Below, piece after piece: positions 1-10,764 of a DNA stretch of 53,531 nucleotides. The DNA is from Candidatus Calescibacterium sp. (GTDB taxonomy: Bacteria > Calescibacteriota > Calescibacteriia > Calescibacteriales > Calescibacteriaceae), in contig JAVVGL010000015.1 in assembly GCA_032249135.1 (NCBI GenBank), positions 1 to 53,531 on the forward strand, written 5' to 3'. The stretch's first letter is position 1, and each line of letters opens with the position of its first letter. The position numbers and the translations under genes were made by a program. The notes under the pieces are model-generated. The model did not search any database. It saw only the letters and a program-made list of their open reading frames with translations, and was not told where the DNA came from.

Positions 1-742
1 TTTGGCTTTCCACCAAATCTACAAATGGTTTATGGATAAAAACCAAAGATGGAAATTCTGCTTTCTCTAATTTCTCTTGTATGAAATTGTTTAAATGTTC
101 ATTTGCAAATGTGTTTATTCCTACAAAGTAAAATTTACCAAATTTGAAGAAAAAAAAACCTCTGTGAGGGAAATATTTTTCTAAAAGTTCTATATCTTTT
201 TCGTCCTCGTATTCATGGTTCCCGGCAGCAAGAAAAAATAAAGAATTTTGAAGTGTTGGCTCAAAATACGAAAATAATTTATCCCATCTTTCAAGCCTAT
301 TTCTATATTGAAAATCTCCGACATGAAAAACAAAATCTGGCTTAAATTCTTGGACATGTTTCATTATTTCTCCAAGAACACCTGATGTATAAGATGTATC
401 TCCAATTACAGCAAATTTTACTTTATTACCGTCAGGAATTCTGATTTTTCCTTCACAGATTTTCTTTTTACCACTTACTACTTCATATCTTACTTCCTTT
501 CCTGTCAAATTATTGATATCTGAAATTTCTATTTCGTTTTTCCCACAAAATTCTTTCGGTTCTGGGAAATTTACTTTCACACAATTCTGGTTTTTTTTAT
601 CAGATACAAAAACCTTTATTTTATCTTCATCTATTCCTACATGGCATATTGTGGGATAAGATTGAAAAAAGTAGAAAAATGAATCGCAGCTCGTAGTCAC
701 AAAAACCAACAAAATAATCAAAAATTTTCCAGATCCCTTCAT
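1..742 (-). CDS. Metallophosphoesterase (calcineurin-like/purple acid phosphatase-like) lipoprotein, runs off the window start
   Basis: Manual translation from ATG at 742: MKGSGKFLIILLVFVTTSC (lipobox-like), then FAVIGDTS, VFHVGDFQY and AAGNHEY, the D/GD/GNHE metallophosphoesterase motifs. Not in the ORF track because it has no stop in the window. Confidence 0.85.
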   Translation of the reverse strand, partial: MKGSGKFLIILLVFVTTSCDSFFYFFQSYPTICHVGIDEDKIKVFVSDKKNQNCVKVNFPEPKEFCGKNEIEISDINNLTGKEVRYEVVSGKKKICEGKIRIPDGNKVKFAVIGDTSYTSGVLGEIMKHVQEFKPDFVFHVGDFQYRNRLERWDKLFSYFEPTLQNSLFFLAAGNHEYEDEKDIELLEKYFPHRGFFFFKFGKFYFVGINTFANEHLNNFIQEKLEKAEFPSLVFIHKPFVDLVESQ

Positions 743-860
743 TTTTTGGTAAGAAGATTTTTTGTCCTATTTGTTCTATCTTCTTATATTTTCAGCTTTG
801 TGGAAATAAAAAATAGAAAAGTGGGAAAAATTTTGTTAGTATATTAAATCAAGTTCTTAT

Positions 861-3602
861 ATGGAAAGGGTAGAGGAGAAAAAGTTGGATTTCAAGGATA
901 CAATATTTTTACCAAAAACTGATTTTCCGATGAAAGCAAACTTGACCCAAAAAGAGCTTGAAATTTTAGACTTCTGGGAGAAAAACTCAATATATGAGAA
1001 AGTTTTGAAAGAGAGAAAAGAAGTTTTCACAGTCCATGATGGTCCTCCATATGCAAATGGTCACATACATTTAGGACACGCTCTCAACAAAGTAATAAAA
1101 GATATAACTGTAAAGCATGCTTTGCTTTCTGGGAAAAAAGCTGAATTTGTTCCAGGATGGGATTGTCACGGGCTCCCAATAGAAAAAGAGGTTGAAAAGA
1201 AGATAGGAAGAGATAAACCACCAGTTGAGATAAGAAGGGAATCAAGAAAGTACGCTCAACACTTTATTGAAGTTCAAAAAAATGAATTCAAAAGACTTGG
1301 AGTTTTTGCAACTTACGCAAAACCTTACATCACTATGTCACCCGACTATGAAGCTATGATAGTACGCTCAATAAACGAGATATGGAAAAAGGGAAGAATT
1401 TATAACGATCAAAAACCCGTATTTTGGTGTCCGGTGTGTATTACTGCTCTGGCAGAAGCAGAAGTAGAATATAAAATCAAAAAATCCCCATCAATTTATG
1501 TGCTTTTTCCAGCTAAGTTCAAGAAAATCGGAGGTTCTGATACTGAATTTGAAAAACTTTTTGCTCTCGTTTGGACAACTACCCCTTGGACAATCCCCGG
1601 CAATTTTGCTCTTGCTTTCCACCCATCTATAAAATATGTCATCGCAAAAAAAGATGAAAAATATATAATAGTTGCTGAAAAACTTGCCAAGATTCTTGGA
1701 GAATATGAAAAAGTTGATACTGTGGTTGGTAGTGAATTTGAAGGAAAAGTATTTTCTCATCCAATATTTGGTAGGGACTCAGTCGGTGTTATTGGAGAGT
1801 TTGTTAGTGAAGAAGAGGGTACAGGAATAGTTCATATAGCACCAGGACACGGTAAGGAAGATTATGAAGTAGGTAAAAAATATTCTCTTCCGGTCCAAAG
1901 CGTTCTTGACGAATTCGGAAGAGGTAATCAAAATTCAATAAAATACAACGGAATTTTCTACGAGGAAATGAACAGAAAAGTAATTGAAGATTTAAAGGAA
2001 AAAGGATTTTTATTTCAGGAAGGAGAATATGAGCATTCATATCCTCACTGTTGGAGGTGTAAAAAACCCGTAGTTTTCAGAGCAACTCGTCAGTGGTTCA
2101 TAAAAGTAGAAGATATAAGACAGGATTTGATAGAGCAAGCCAAAAAAGTAAAATGGATACCTGATTGGGGGATAACCAGAATGGAAAGCACTCTCGCATC
2201 AAAGCCAGACTGGTGTATCTCTCGTCAAAGAGCGTGGGGAGTTCCAATACCTTATTTTGTGTGTAAAAACTGCGGAGAATATATATGGAGCGAATATGCG
2301 GCAGAAAAAATTGCTGAATTTACACTTGAAGGAGAACCTGATGCTTGGTGGGAAAAAGATATAAAAAATTTTATCCCAGAAGATTTCAGATGCTTCAAAT
2401 GTGGAAGTTCAGATTTTGAGAAGGGGAAAGATGTTCTTGATGTGTGGATAGATTCAGGTTTGAGCTTCAAATATATGAAAAATAAAGAAAATTTCTCTTT
2501 TCCTGCGGATGTGTATATAGAAGGAACTGATCAACATAGGGGATGGTTTCAAAGCTCACTTACCCTGTCTTTTCTTCTTGAAGGAGTTGCTCCTTACAAA
2601 AAAGTTTTTACTCACGGTTTCATTTTAGATGAGTTCAAAAGAAAGATGTCAAAATCTTTGGGAAATGTCATTTCCCCGGAAGATATAATCAAGGAAGACG
2701 GAGCAGAGATAGTAAGACTTTGGGCTGTATTTTCTGACCCAACCGAAGATGTAAAAATATCAGAGAGAATTCTTTCAGATGTGAAAGATATGTACAGAAA
2801 AATAAGGAACACTATAAGGTTTATGCTCGGAGTTCTTGGAGATAATCCTGATTCTGTTCCTTCAAAAATTTTCCCACAAGATATATATTTTCTTTCAAAG
2901 CTCAGAGGGTTTGAAAAGGAGGTTCTGAATTATTATGATCAAATGGAGTATCACAAAGCTGCAAGAAAAATACATAATTTTGCTGATAATGTTCTTTCAG
3001 CTTTATATCTTGATATAATTAAGGATACAATTTACTGTGATAGCAAAGATAATCCCCGCAGATTGAGTGCTCAGTATACTGTGTTTTTGGCTTTAAAATC
3101 TATTATAGCACTTTCTGCTCCGATTTTATCTTTTCTTGTAGAGGAAGCTTATTTTCATATGCCAGAGGTTTTTGGTTTCAGAAAATTTGAGAGTGTATTT
3201 TTTGAAACATACGACAGAATGCTTTTATCAAAATCAAATATCATCTTTGAAAACGAAGAAAAAATAAATAAGTTCTTTTCAGAAGTTGAAAAGATAAGGA
3301 AAGAGTTTTTAGAGGTTATAGACAAAATGAGAAAGGCAAAGGAAGTAGGAAATTCTCTTGAAATAGAACTCAGAATTTCTGTTCCTCCTTTTGATTTCTG
3401 TTCCGAAGAAGAGATGAAGCAAATTCTTGAGGAGTTCTTCATAGTATCTTGTGTGAGGTTTTCGGTTGGAGAACCGAAACTTATTGAGGTCAAAAAATAT
3501 GAGAACGCAAAAAAGTGTCCAAGATGCTGGAAATACTTTGAGGAGGAAAACGAAATCTGTAAAAGATGTGAAAATGTGATTGAAAATTTAGGGCTACACT
3601 AA
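861..3602 (+). CDS. ileS: Isoleucine--tRNA ligase (IleRS1 type)
   Basis: HDGPPYANG, HLGH (HIGH), GWDCHGLPIE, WTTTPWT, KMSKS, C-terminal CPRCW..CKRC zinc finger. Confidence 0.98.
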   Translation: MERVEEKKLDFKDTIFLPKTDFPMKANLTQKELEILDFWEKNSIYEKVLKERKEVFTVHDGPPYANGHIHLGHALNKVIKDITVKHALLSGKKAEFVPGWDCHGLPIEKEVEKKIGRDKPPVEIRRESRKYAQHFIEVQKNEFKRLGVFATYAKPYITMSPDYEAMIVRSINEIWKKGRIYNDQKPVFWCPVCITALAEAEVEYKIKKSPSIYVLFPAKFKKIGGSDTEFEKLFALVWTTTPWTIPGNFALAFHPSIKYVIAKKDEKYIIVAEKLAKILGEYEKVDTVVGSEFEGKVFSHPIFGRDSVGVIGEFVSEEEGTGIVHIAPGHGKEDYEVGKKYSLPVQSVLDEFGRGNQNSIKYNGIFYEEMNRKVIEDLKEKGFLFQEGEYEHSYPHCWRCKKPVVFRATRQWFIKVEDIRQDLIEQAKKVKWIPDWGITRMESTLASKPDWCISRQRAWGVPIPYFVCKNCGEYIWSEYAAEKIAEFTLEGEPDAWWEKDIKNFIPEDFRCFKCGSSDFEKGKDVLDVWIDSGLSFKYMKNKENFSFPADVYIEGTDQHRGWFQSSLTLSFLLEGVAPYKKVFTHGFILDEFKRKMSKSLGNVISPEDIIKEDGAEIVRLWAVFSDPTEDVKISERILSDVKDMYRKIRNTIRFMLGVLGDNPDSVPSKIFPQDIYFLSKLRGFEKEVLNYYDQMEYHKAARKIHNFADNVLSALYLDIIKDTIYCDSKDNPRRLSAQYTVFLALKSIIALSAPILSFLVEEAYFHMPEVFGFRKFESVFFETYDRMLLSKSNIIFENEEKINKFFSEVEKIRKEFLEVIDKMRKAKEVGNSLEIELRISVPPFDFCSEEEMKQILEEFFIVSCVRFSVGEPKLIEVKKYENAKKCPRCWKYFEEENEICKRCENVIENLGLH
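2706..2826 (+). repeat. Direct repeat copy 1 (internal ileS segment, 121 bp)
   Basis: Aligns without gaps to 10765-10885; 9 mismatches by manual alignment. Confidence 0.95.
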
Positions 3603-5119
3603 AATTCAAATTTGCCTACAAGTTTTTTAAGGTCTTCCGCTGCTTCCAAAAGCAAGTTTATAAGCTTTTTGAAATCTTCTGCTTCATTTATTGTATTTTG
3701 AATAAAAATGTTAATTTCTGTAATTCTATTTAAGGATTCTCTCATCGTTGCTCTTACTTGGTCTATTGAACTTGAGATCTCATTTATCATATCAACTGAC
3801 CTTTTTGAGATTTGCTCAATTTCCCTTAAACCAGCAATACTCCTTTGGCTTTTTTCCATTGCTACATTCATCTGTTCTCCGACTTGTTTTATGGTTTGTG
3901 TAAGTGAGGATATAGTCTGGACCAAAGATGATACGGTTTTCTCTATTTTTTGAGCGATATCTTTTGTAATATTCGCAAGTTTCCTTACTTCATCGGCAAC
4001 AATTGTGAAACCTTTGGCTTTTTCTCCGGCTCTTCCTGCTTCTATTGATGCGTTCAAAGCAAGGATATGTATATTTCCTGCCATATCATTAATTGTGCTT
4101 ACATATTGAGAAATTTCTTTTTCTTTCTTTTTGAGTTGTTCTGCTTCTTTTGATAGGTTTGAAAATAGCTCTCCTATTTTTCTAAACATTTCTATGTTTT
4201 CGGAGATTGTCTGTATTTCTGTTTTTGCTTTCTCTAGCGATGTGTTTGATGACGCCAAAATTCCCGCTGCTTTATTTGATATGCTTTCTGCTTGCTCAAA
4301 TGTCACCTCGCTTGAACTTTGCACCTCCGCAATGTATCTTCCCGCCTTCCTTGTATTTTCAAGTATATGAGAATATGTCTCCTCTGCTTTTGAAGATAAA
4401 GCTTTTATTTTATTCGAACTTTCAAGGATACCCAAGATTATCTTTGTTAGAGATTCAATAAATAGATTGAAATTTCTTGCAAGTTCTCCTACTTCATCTT
4501 TACTTTGAGTTTTTATCCTGAATTTAAGATTTGTTCCACCTTTTGCTATTTCAGACAGAATTCTAATGACTTGATACAAATTAACTGTAATGTTTTTTGA
4601 AATCAAGGTTGACGCTAATATACCTACTATTATAATCAGAGGCAGCGTAAGTAAGGATATGGCAAAGATTCTGCTGGTTGCACTTTCTATTTTTTTTGAT
4701 ACAGAGCTTCTGAGAGAATTCCAATCTTTATCAAGAGTTAATTTTTTCTCTTGAAGTATAGAAAAAGCATTTTCATCTCCCTTTATTGCTTTTTCAAATG
4801 TATTCATGTAGTCATCTATTGATTTTGTGAGTTCAGTAGTTTCCGATAAAAAACCTACGCTACCAACTTTGCTTAAATTTTCCTTTATATTTGCTGATAT
4901 ATCTTTTGCTTCTTTGAATTTATTCTCATCTAATGTAGTTATTGCTTCAAAAAGTTTTGAGAGAAGTTTTGAATTCATCTCTTCAAGCGCGAAAAATGTA
5001 GGTAGTTCTCTTGCGATTCTTCTTTGCCTTTCCAAATTAAGAAAAATAAAAATAACAGCAGCAGAGTTGAATATAATAACTGCAATAAAAGAGAGAAATA
5101 TCTTTGTTCTTATATTCAT
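3599..5119 (-). CDS. Methyl-accepting chemotaxis protein (2 TM, periplasmic helical sensor, HAMP, MA domain)
   Basis: Two hydrophobic segments, HAMP (SKDEVGELARNFN), signalling hairpin ILALNASIEAGRAGEKAKGFTIVADEVRKLA; stop overlaps the ileS stop. Confidence 0.95.
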   Translation of the reverse strand: MNIRTKIFLSFIAVIIFNSAAVIFIFLNLERQRRIARELPTFFALEEMNSKLLSKLFEAITTLDENKFKEAKDISANIKENLSKVGSVGFLSETTELTKSIDDYMNTFEKAIKGDENAFSILQEKKLTLDKDWNSLRSSVSKKIESATSRIFAISLLTLPLIIIVGILASTLISKNITVNLYQVIRILSEIAKGGTNLKFRIKTQSKDEVGELARNFNLFIESLTKIILGILESSNKIKALSSKAEETYSHILENTRKAGRYIAEVQSSSEVTFEQAESISNKAAGILASSNTSLEKAKTEIQTISENIEMFRKIGELFSNLSKEAEQLKKKEKEISQYVSTINDMAGNIHILALNASIEAGRAGEKAKGFTIVADEVRKLANITKDIAQKIEKTVSSLVQTISSLTQTIKQVGEQMNVAMEKSQRSIAGLREIEQISKRSVDMINEISSSIDQVRATMRESLNRITEINIFIQNTINEAEDFKKLINLLLEAAEDLKKLVGKFEF

Positions 5120-5209
5120 AATAAAAAATTTTAATATTAGAATAGAAATTTTTCTAAATTTAGCTGATCAATTCTGTTGTAATGGTTGGTTATTTATTTT
5201 GCTTTTCTA

Positions 5210-6562
5210 TTATTTTAATTCTATTATTTTAAGAGATTGGAAATCGTTAGCGTTTCCGTTGTTATTTATAACTTTCCAGATATTATATACTCCGCTTTTG
5301 ACATCTCCTTTGTCATCAAATTCATTACTGCCAGATGCTCCATCATAATCAATATCTGCACCTTGGGAGATTTTAGTTGTTATATCTTTCCAGTTTCCAC
5401 CAGCTGAAACAGGTTTTACTTTTTCTCCACCAGCTGTAAGCTGTGGAAGCTTTTCTTTTACTTTATCTGCATCAGGTTCTCCTGCTGCCTGAATCCCCAT
5501 AGCAAGAATATAAACAAGGTCATACGTATTGTCGTTGTATATTTCGGGCGGTTTCCCATATTTTTGGTTATATTTTTGTGAGAAGGCTTTGTATATTTCG
5601 CTGCCAACAGGTGCAGATGGGGCAGTACCTACAAAATTATCTTTTATAAGATCTGTGATTGTTTTTTCTCCTGATATTGAAGTATCCATATTACCATCGC
5701 AACCAAAAAGTTTTGGTTTAGATTTATTATTTTGCTCAATATAACTTTTGAGGTCCTTCAAAAGATTTACACCATCTTTTGCAAATGTTATAAGAACTAA
5801 TGCATCTGGGTTTCCTGAACCATAAGCTTCTTGAATTTCGGAAGAAAAATCTGTTTCTTTGTCTTCCGCATATTTTACAAATTTTAGAACAGTTCCTCCG
5901 AGGCTTTCAAATTCACTTTTGAATTTTTCTGCAAGTTTTGCTCCATAAGGGTCATCTCTATATATTACTGATACCTTATCTACTTTCATAGTTTCTAATC
6001 CTTCAATTTCCCCTCGTGCAAGTTCTGCTAATGCTTTTCCTTGCAGGGCATCCGATGGGGCATTTCTCCATATAAGTCCATCGTCACCGATATCTGTTAT
6101 AAGAGGGCTTGTAGCAGAAGGCGATATAATAAGAGTTCTTTTCTGCTTTACAGGATCACAGCTCTGAATATTCCCACCACAAATACCTTTTATTATTGCT
6201 GAACTTGTTGCCGGTCCTATTATGAGCTTTATACCTTCTGATGTAAGTTTATCAAAACAGCTCTTTGCTCCATCAGGTTTTGTCCCATCATCGCAGATTT
6301 TCAGTTCAATCTTTTTCCCCAAAACTCCACCACCCTCATTTATTTCACTTTCTGCTAACCTTGCTGCGTTTACCATAGTTTCTCCAAAAGATGCAAGATC
6401 ACCAGTCAGCGGAACTATAACTCCTATTTTGATGGTTTCTCCACCTGTTGTTCCACCTCCTGTTGTTTTTTCCTCTTTTGCGCATGAGACAAAGCCTAAA
6501 ATTAAAGTAATTGCCAAGATTTTTCTAACATTTATCCATATTTTATTTAACTTTCCCTCCAT
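5210..6562 (-). CDS. Branched-chain amino acid-type (LivJ/Peripla_BP_6) substrate-binding lipoprotein
   Basis: Lipobox FVSC, IKIGVIVPLTG, INEGGGVLGKKIEL, ISPSATSP, DYDGASG; strong AGGAGGTG RBS upstream. Confidence 0.92.
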   Translation of the reverse strand: MEGKLNKIWINVRKILAITLILGFVSCAKEEKTTGGGTTGGETIKIGVIVPLTGDLASFGETMVNAARLAESEINEGGGVLGKKIELKICDDGTKPDGAKSCFDKLTSEGIKLIIGPATSSAIIKGICGGNIQSCDPVKQKRTLIISPSATSPLITDIGDDGLIWRNAPSDALQGKALAELARGEIEGLETMKVDKVSVIYRDDPYGAKLAEKFKSEFESLGGTVLKFVKYAEDKETDFSSEIQEAYGSGNPDALVLITFAKDGVNLLKDLKSYIEQNNKSKPKLFGCDGNMDTSISGEKTITDLIKDNFVGTAPSAPVGSEIYKAFSQKYNQKYGKPPEIYNDNTYDLVYILAMGIQAAGEPDADKVKEKLPQLTAGGEKVKPVSAGGNWKDITTKISQGADIDYDGASGSNEFDDKGDVKSGVYNIWKVINNNGNANDFQSLKIIELK

Positions 6563-6650
6563 TTTTAATCACCTCCTTTTTTCTTTAATAATTAATCATT
6601 TTTTATTTTTTTTGTTTCTTTTTTTTTCACAAAAAATTTTCTTTTTCACT

Positions 6651-8861
6651 TTATAGGATACTTTCTAATCCTATGAGGAACCAGAATGGGTTTTGTGGAA
6701 TATCAAAGCCTGTAAATCCTGGTTCCCAATAATTTTTGTTGAATATGTTCTCTGCTCTTACATAAATTTTTGTTATGTATCCTATTTTCTTTGTTCCTGC
6801 TGAAAGAGATATCCCAGATGTAAAGTAAGGTGGTAAGGGACGGTCAGGAATTTCAGTCAGTCCAATCCATTTTGCTGTAAAAGTTGAAATATTTCTTTTC
6901 CCTATGTATCTTCCAAATATACCAAGGTCTATTTCATAAGATTCTCCTATACTTTGAGAAAAGAGAGCTGAGAAGAAAAACATATTTTGTGGGAAAAATT
7001 TATTCTCTATATCTTTTACTTCTCCTAAAAATTCCTCTTTGACTTTTGATTGAACGGAAGAATATGCAAAATTTGATTTAATTTTCCAGAACCTTATTCC
7101 TAATGAAATATCAAATCCTTGACTTAATTTTGATGGGCGGTTGATGGGTTTTATGTAATTCCCTTTTTTATCAAATTCTATTGCATCTTTTACATTTATG
7201 GTGTAGATTGAAATTTCTGGTTTGAGTTCAATCTGCTCAAAGCCAACAGGAATTTCAAATGTCCCTCCAACTATACCTTCTGTTATTTTGGATTTTTCTG
7301 GTTTGAGGTTTGGGTTCCCATCAAGGTCTCCGGGTCGTGTTGCTGTTATAAAAAGTTGTTCAGGAGAAGGAGCACGAAATGATGTACCAAATATGCCTTT
7401 TACATATGTTGATAAACCTGCTTTTTTCAAGGGTAAAATTACAGCTCCAACTCTTGTGTTGAAAACATCTTCATATATATTGTGGTCATCGTATCTTGCA
7501 CCCAAAAGGAATCCAGCTCCTAAAATTGAAAATTCTCCTGCCTGATAAATTCTCTCAATCGGAAGTGCATAAATTTGACCGTACAAACCTAAGTTTCTGA
7601 ATGTTTTTTTAGGTTCTTCTGGTTTAAATTCTAACTTGCGTTCGCCATCTTGAAGCTTGTATAAGCTTTCTATTTTTTCGTTATCATTTATCAAATCTGC
7701 TCCAACAAGTATCAAGTTCTTATCTTTTTTTGCAGATGTTTCAAATCTCAAATCTACCGATGTTGATCCGAAATCTTTCAGGTATGTTTCTTGTGTTTCA
7801 CCATATCTTATCACTTTTCTATCTGGTTCAAATATAAGAAATTTCTCTTTGAGAGGACCTGAAACAAAAAGCCCACTATAAAAAGAGGGAGTAATTACCC
7901 AACCAACTTCTGAAAATTTTATATCTCCTGAAAGTTTTGCAGATCCACCCGCTGTATATATGCTTGTCCTGTTTTGAGGCAAGAGAATGCTATTTTCGTT
8001 TTCTGGAAATTGCGAAGATGCTGAAAAACCCTGAAATATTCCCTTGATTTCAAGATTAAAAACATCATATCTTAATCCTGTTTTTGATAGCACACTTAAA
8101 GCAGAGAGTGTATCATCTTTTGATGTTTGACCTTTTAGAAATTCAAATTTTGCTTTATCTTTTGCTAAATCAGAAAATCTTATAGATTCGTCTGAAATTT
8201 TTAATCCGTCTCTTTTTTGATTGAAGTGGTAAATTCCTATTCCAAATGGTATTTCTGCTTCTCCTATTTGAAATACATGTGCGCTTGCGACTTCAAATGC
8301 TCCCTGAAAATTTTTATTTTTAAAAAGTCCCGGAGATATTCTAAAAGAGGACGGAGGCATCTCATCCGGGTCTCTGGTTGTTACATTTATTACTCCTAAA
8401 AATGCGTTTGCTCCATATAACGCTGACGCAGGTCCTTTTACAACTTCCACAGATTTGATAAAAGATGGAGGTATAAATTCAGGTCCAAGTAGGGCTTCGC
8501 CCGAAGGTCTGAAAGCTAAATAGTCTTCGCTATCTAACATAGTTTTTAAAATTCTTGAACCGCCTTTTGGTCCAGCGTGAATTCCTCTCAAACCAAAGTT
8601 ATAAGTTGTCCAGTTATAAATTCCCCACATTCCCGGCATGTAGTTCAAAGCATCGCCTAAGGATATAAAGTTAAATTTTTTGAAATCCTCACCAGAGAGA
8701 ATGAGGAAAGAGGATGGAGCTTCTTCTGGTTTTTGTTTAGCTTTTATTGCACCTGATATAAACTCTTGCTCAAATGTGAGAAGTTCTATCTCGCTCTGCG
8801 CTTGAGAGTTGCTTTTAAGAATGATGAGAAAAAATAGGAGGAAAAGAATAAAAAATCTCAT
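6651..8861 (-). CDS. TonB-dependent outer membrane receptor
   Basis: Signal peptide, plug motif IKSVEVVKGPASALYGANAFLGVINVTT, barrel motifs GTSFRAPS, GNPNLKPEKS, ENIFNKNY. Confidence 0.93.
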   Translation of the reverse strand: MRFFILFLLFFLIILKSNSQAQSEIELLTFEQEFISGAIKAKQKPEEAPSSFLILSGEDFKKFNFISLGDALNYMPGMWGIYNWTTYNFGLRGIHAGPKGGSRILKTMLDSEDYLAFRPSGEALLGPEFIPPSFIKSVEVVKGPASALYGANAFLGVINVTTRDPDEMPPSSFRISPGLFKNKNFQGAFEVASAHVFQIGEAEIPFGIGIYHFNQKRDGLKISDESIRFSDLAKDKAKFEFLKGQTSKDDTLSALSVLSKTGLRYDVFNLEIKGIFQGFSASSQFPENENSILLPQNRTSIYTAGGSAKLSGDIKFSEVGWVITPSFYSGLFVSGPLKEKFLIFEPDRKVIRYGETQETYLKDFGSTSVDLRFETSAKKDKNLILVGADLINDNEKIESLYKLQDGERKLEFKPEEPKKTFRNLGLYGQIYALPIERIYQAGEFSILGAGFLLGARYDDHNIYEDVFNTRVGAVILPLKKAGLSTYVKGIFGTSFRAPSPEQLFITATRPGDLDGNPNLKPEKSKITEGIVGGTFEIPVGFEQIELKPEISIYTINVKDAIEFDKKGNYIKPINRPSKLSQGFDISLGIRFWKIKSNFAYSSVQSKVKEEFLGEVKDIENKFFPQNMFFFSALFSQSIGESYEIDLGIFGRYIGKRNISTFTAKWIGLTEIPDRPLPPYFTSGISLSAGTKKIGYITKIYVRAENIFNKNYWEPGFTGFDIPQNPFWFLIGLESIL

Positions 8862-8960
8862 AGTGTTATAATATATTAATTTTAATTTTAGGAATTTTCT
8901 GGTTTGAGTTTCAAATTTGAGGTTATAGGTGATTTTGGAACTAATTCTCTTCTAATTGAT

Positions 8961-9431
8961 TTATTTTATGGTTCCAATGATTTTTATATTTCCACCTTCA
9001 ACTTTTTTGCTGACATACCCTATTGCTGTCTTTTTTTCCGAAACTTCTTTTATTATTTCGTCTTCACTTTTTACCTGTGGAGGAGTTTCACCTGCCATCA
9101 ATTTTGTTAGCCATAACTTCCTGTAAGACTGTATATCCATACCAAGAACTTTTTCAAGAAATTTCTGCTTGGCTGGGTTTTCTGCCGGTGGTTCAAGAAG
9201 AACAATTTTTTCTCCATCTAATTTTGATATTCTACCAAGATATGCTGCTTTCACATCATCAAGACTGATTTGTAGTGAAGTATTTGATATTATGTATATT
9301 TCTTGTGATTGAGCAAAACTGCTCAAAACAAAAAGATTGAAGATAGGAGGGACCAAAATGAGCAGTACTACTTTTTTTATTTTAAGTTTTAGTTTATTTA
9401 TATACAACCCCGTCATTTTCTTCCCTCCCAT
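8961..9431 (-). CDS. Small single-domain periplasmic binding protein (phosphate-ABC-SBP-like family); start uncertain
   Basis: Signal-like N-terminus; ISLDDVKAAYLG, FLEKVLGM..YRKLW, SEDEIIKEVSEKKTAIGYV pattern of small PBP-like proteins. Confidence 0.75.
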   Translation of the reverse strand: MGGKKMTGLYINKLKLKIKKVVLLILVPPIFNLFVLSSFAQSQEIYIISNTSLQISLDDVKAAYLGRISKLDGEKIVLLEPPAENPAKQKFLEKVLGMDIQSYRKLWLTKLMAGETPPQVKSEDEIIKEVSEKKTAIGYVSKKVEGGNIKIIGTIK

Positions 9432-9581
9432 TTTTGAATTTATTTATGATAATAAAATATAATCATTCTCTTTTGATTTGTCTATGGAAATTGAAATTTT
9501 TTCTTTTCTTTTTTCCTATTCTTATTTCTATTTTTACTTTGCCTCTGTTTCGTTTTTCTACTTTACTTTTGTTTTTTCTTT

Positions 9582-10472
9582 CTATTGTTTTTCTATAAAC
9601 TTTACGGGTGGAAAGAATACTTTTTTCTTCCTAATATCTATTTTCCCTTTTAGTATATCAACAATAGTTTTCCCGAGTTCCTTTCCGAGTTCTTCAAAGT
9701 CTATCTGATAAGATAGTGCAACTCCCATTTTAGCAAATGCTTCCGAAAAACCAATAGCAGGAACCTGTGAGGCTGCGGAATATATATCATTTATAGTATC
9801 TGAATTTACAACTGTGGCATCTGGTATAAGCCAGAAAGGTTTCCCTAAACCAAGTGCTTTTCTTACATCGCTATCGTTAGAAACAAGAATATCCCTTAAT
9901 ATTATGTCTAATTCTTCTGAACTTCTTTTTATAGTAAGAACTGTACCAGCTGAATCTCTTGAAAATGGGATTACAATTTCTTTAACTTGAAATCTTTTTT
10001 GGAACTCGGAAAGAATCATTTTAGGGTCCGGCATCATATTAAAATACGCAAAGTTTTCTGGTAGATTTCCGAGTTTTTCCGGAGAAAAAACAAGTGAAAA
10101 TAAAACAGGATTCTGTTTTTTACCTCCTAACATTTCAAAAGCTGCATATGTAGGAATTATACCAAGCGATATAACTGCAAAGCCTTTCGATTTTATACGC
10201 ATTTTCTCTATTTTATCTTTACACAAATCAACATTACTCTGGCAGTTATCTATAATAACTTCTATGTTCTCTTCTTTTTCAATAGAAGATTTTATACCAT
10301 CAGCTACTTTATTATATAAGCTATCATCCTCCTGCTTTAACACTAAAATTTTTGATGAGAAACCTGAAATTGGAAATAAAAAGAGAAAAGAAAAACAAGA
10401 AAAAAATAGTGGTATTAAAATCCTTCTGTAGATTCCTTTTCTTTTTTTATATCCTATATTTTTTGCAGCCAT
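9582..10472 (-). CDS. ABC_sub_bind-type periplasmic substrate-binding protein
   Basis: N-terminal TM/signal, PVLFSLVFSP, FWLIPDATVV, GVALSYQIDFEELGKELG. Confidence 0.8.
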   Translation of the reverse strand: MAAKNIGYKKRKGIYRRILIPLFFSCFSFLFLFPISGFSSKILVLKQEDDSLYNKVADGIKSSIEKEENIEVIIDNCQSNVDLCKDKIEKMRIKSKGFAVISLGIIPTYAAFEMLGGKKQNPVLFSLVFSPEKLGNLPENFAYFNMMPDPKMILSEFQKRFQVKEIVIPFSRDSAGTVLTIKRSSEELDIILRDILVSNDSDVRKALGLGKPFWLIPDATVVNSDTINDIYSAASQVPAIGFSEAFAKMGVALSYQIDFEELGKELGKTIVDILKGKIDIRKKKVFFPPVKFIEKQ

Positions 10473-10574
10473 ATCAGATAATTTTAAGAATAGTTTTGAA
10501 AATTTGTTATTTTCCCTCTAGCATTTACCTTTAAAATTGGGAACAATAAAATACCTATATCTTTACTTTTATCT

Positions 10575-10760
10575 TCACACCATTGTAAGTCCGCCTGATA
10601 CACTTATGACTTGTCCTGTTATATAAGATGATATAAGTCCGATGATAAAAAAGCTACAATAGGGGCTATATCTTCTGGTTTTCCAAGCCTTTTCAAGGGG
10701 ATGTATTTCTCCATAAAGGAGATTATCTTTTTCCCTGTTTCACTTTGCTGAATGAATTCA
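10575..10760 (-). pseudogene. 3' remnant of a short-chain dehydrogenase/reductase (SDR), frameshifted
   Basis: IPLKRLGKPEDIAPIVAFLSSDL, then after an extra TA near 10632, SSYITGQVISVSGGLTMV* (stop at 10575); the N-terminal Rossmann part is absent. Confidence 0.88.
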
Positions 10761-10764
10761 AGGG

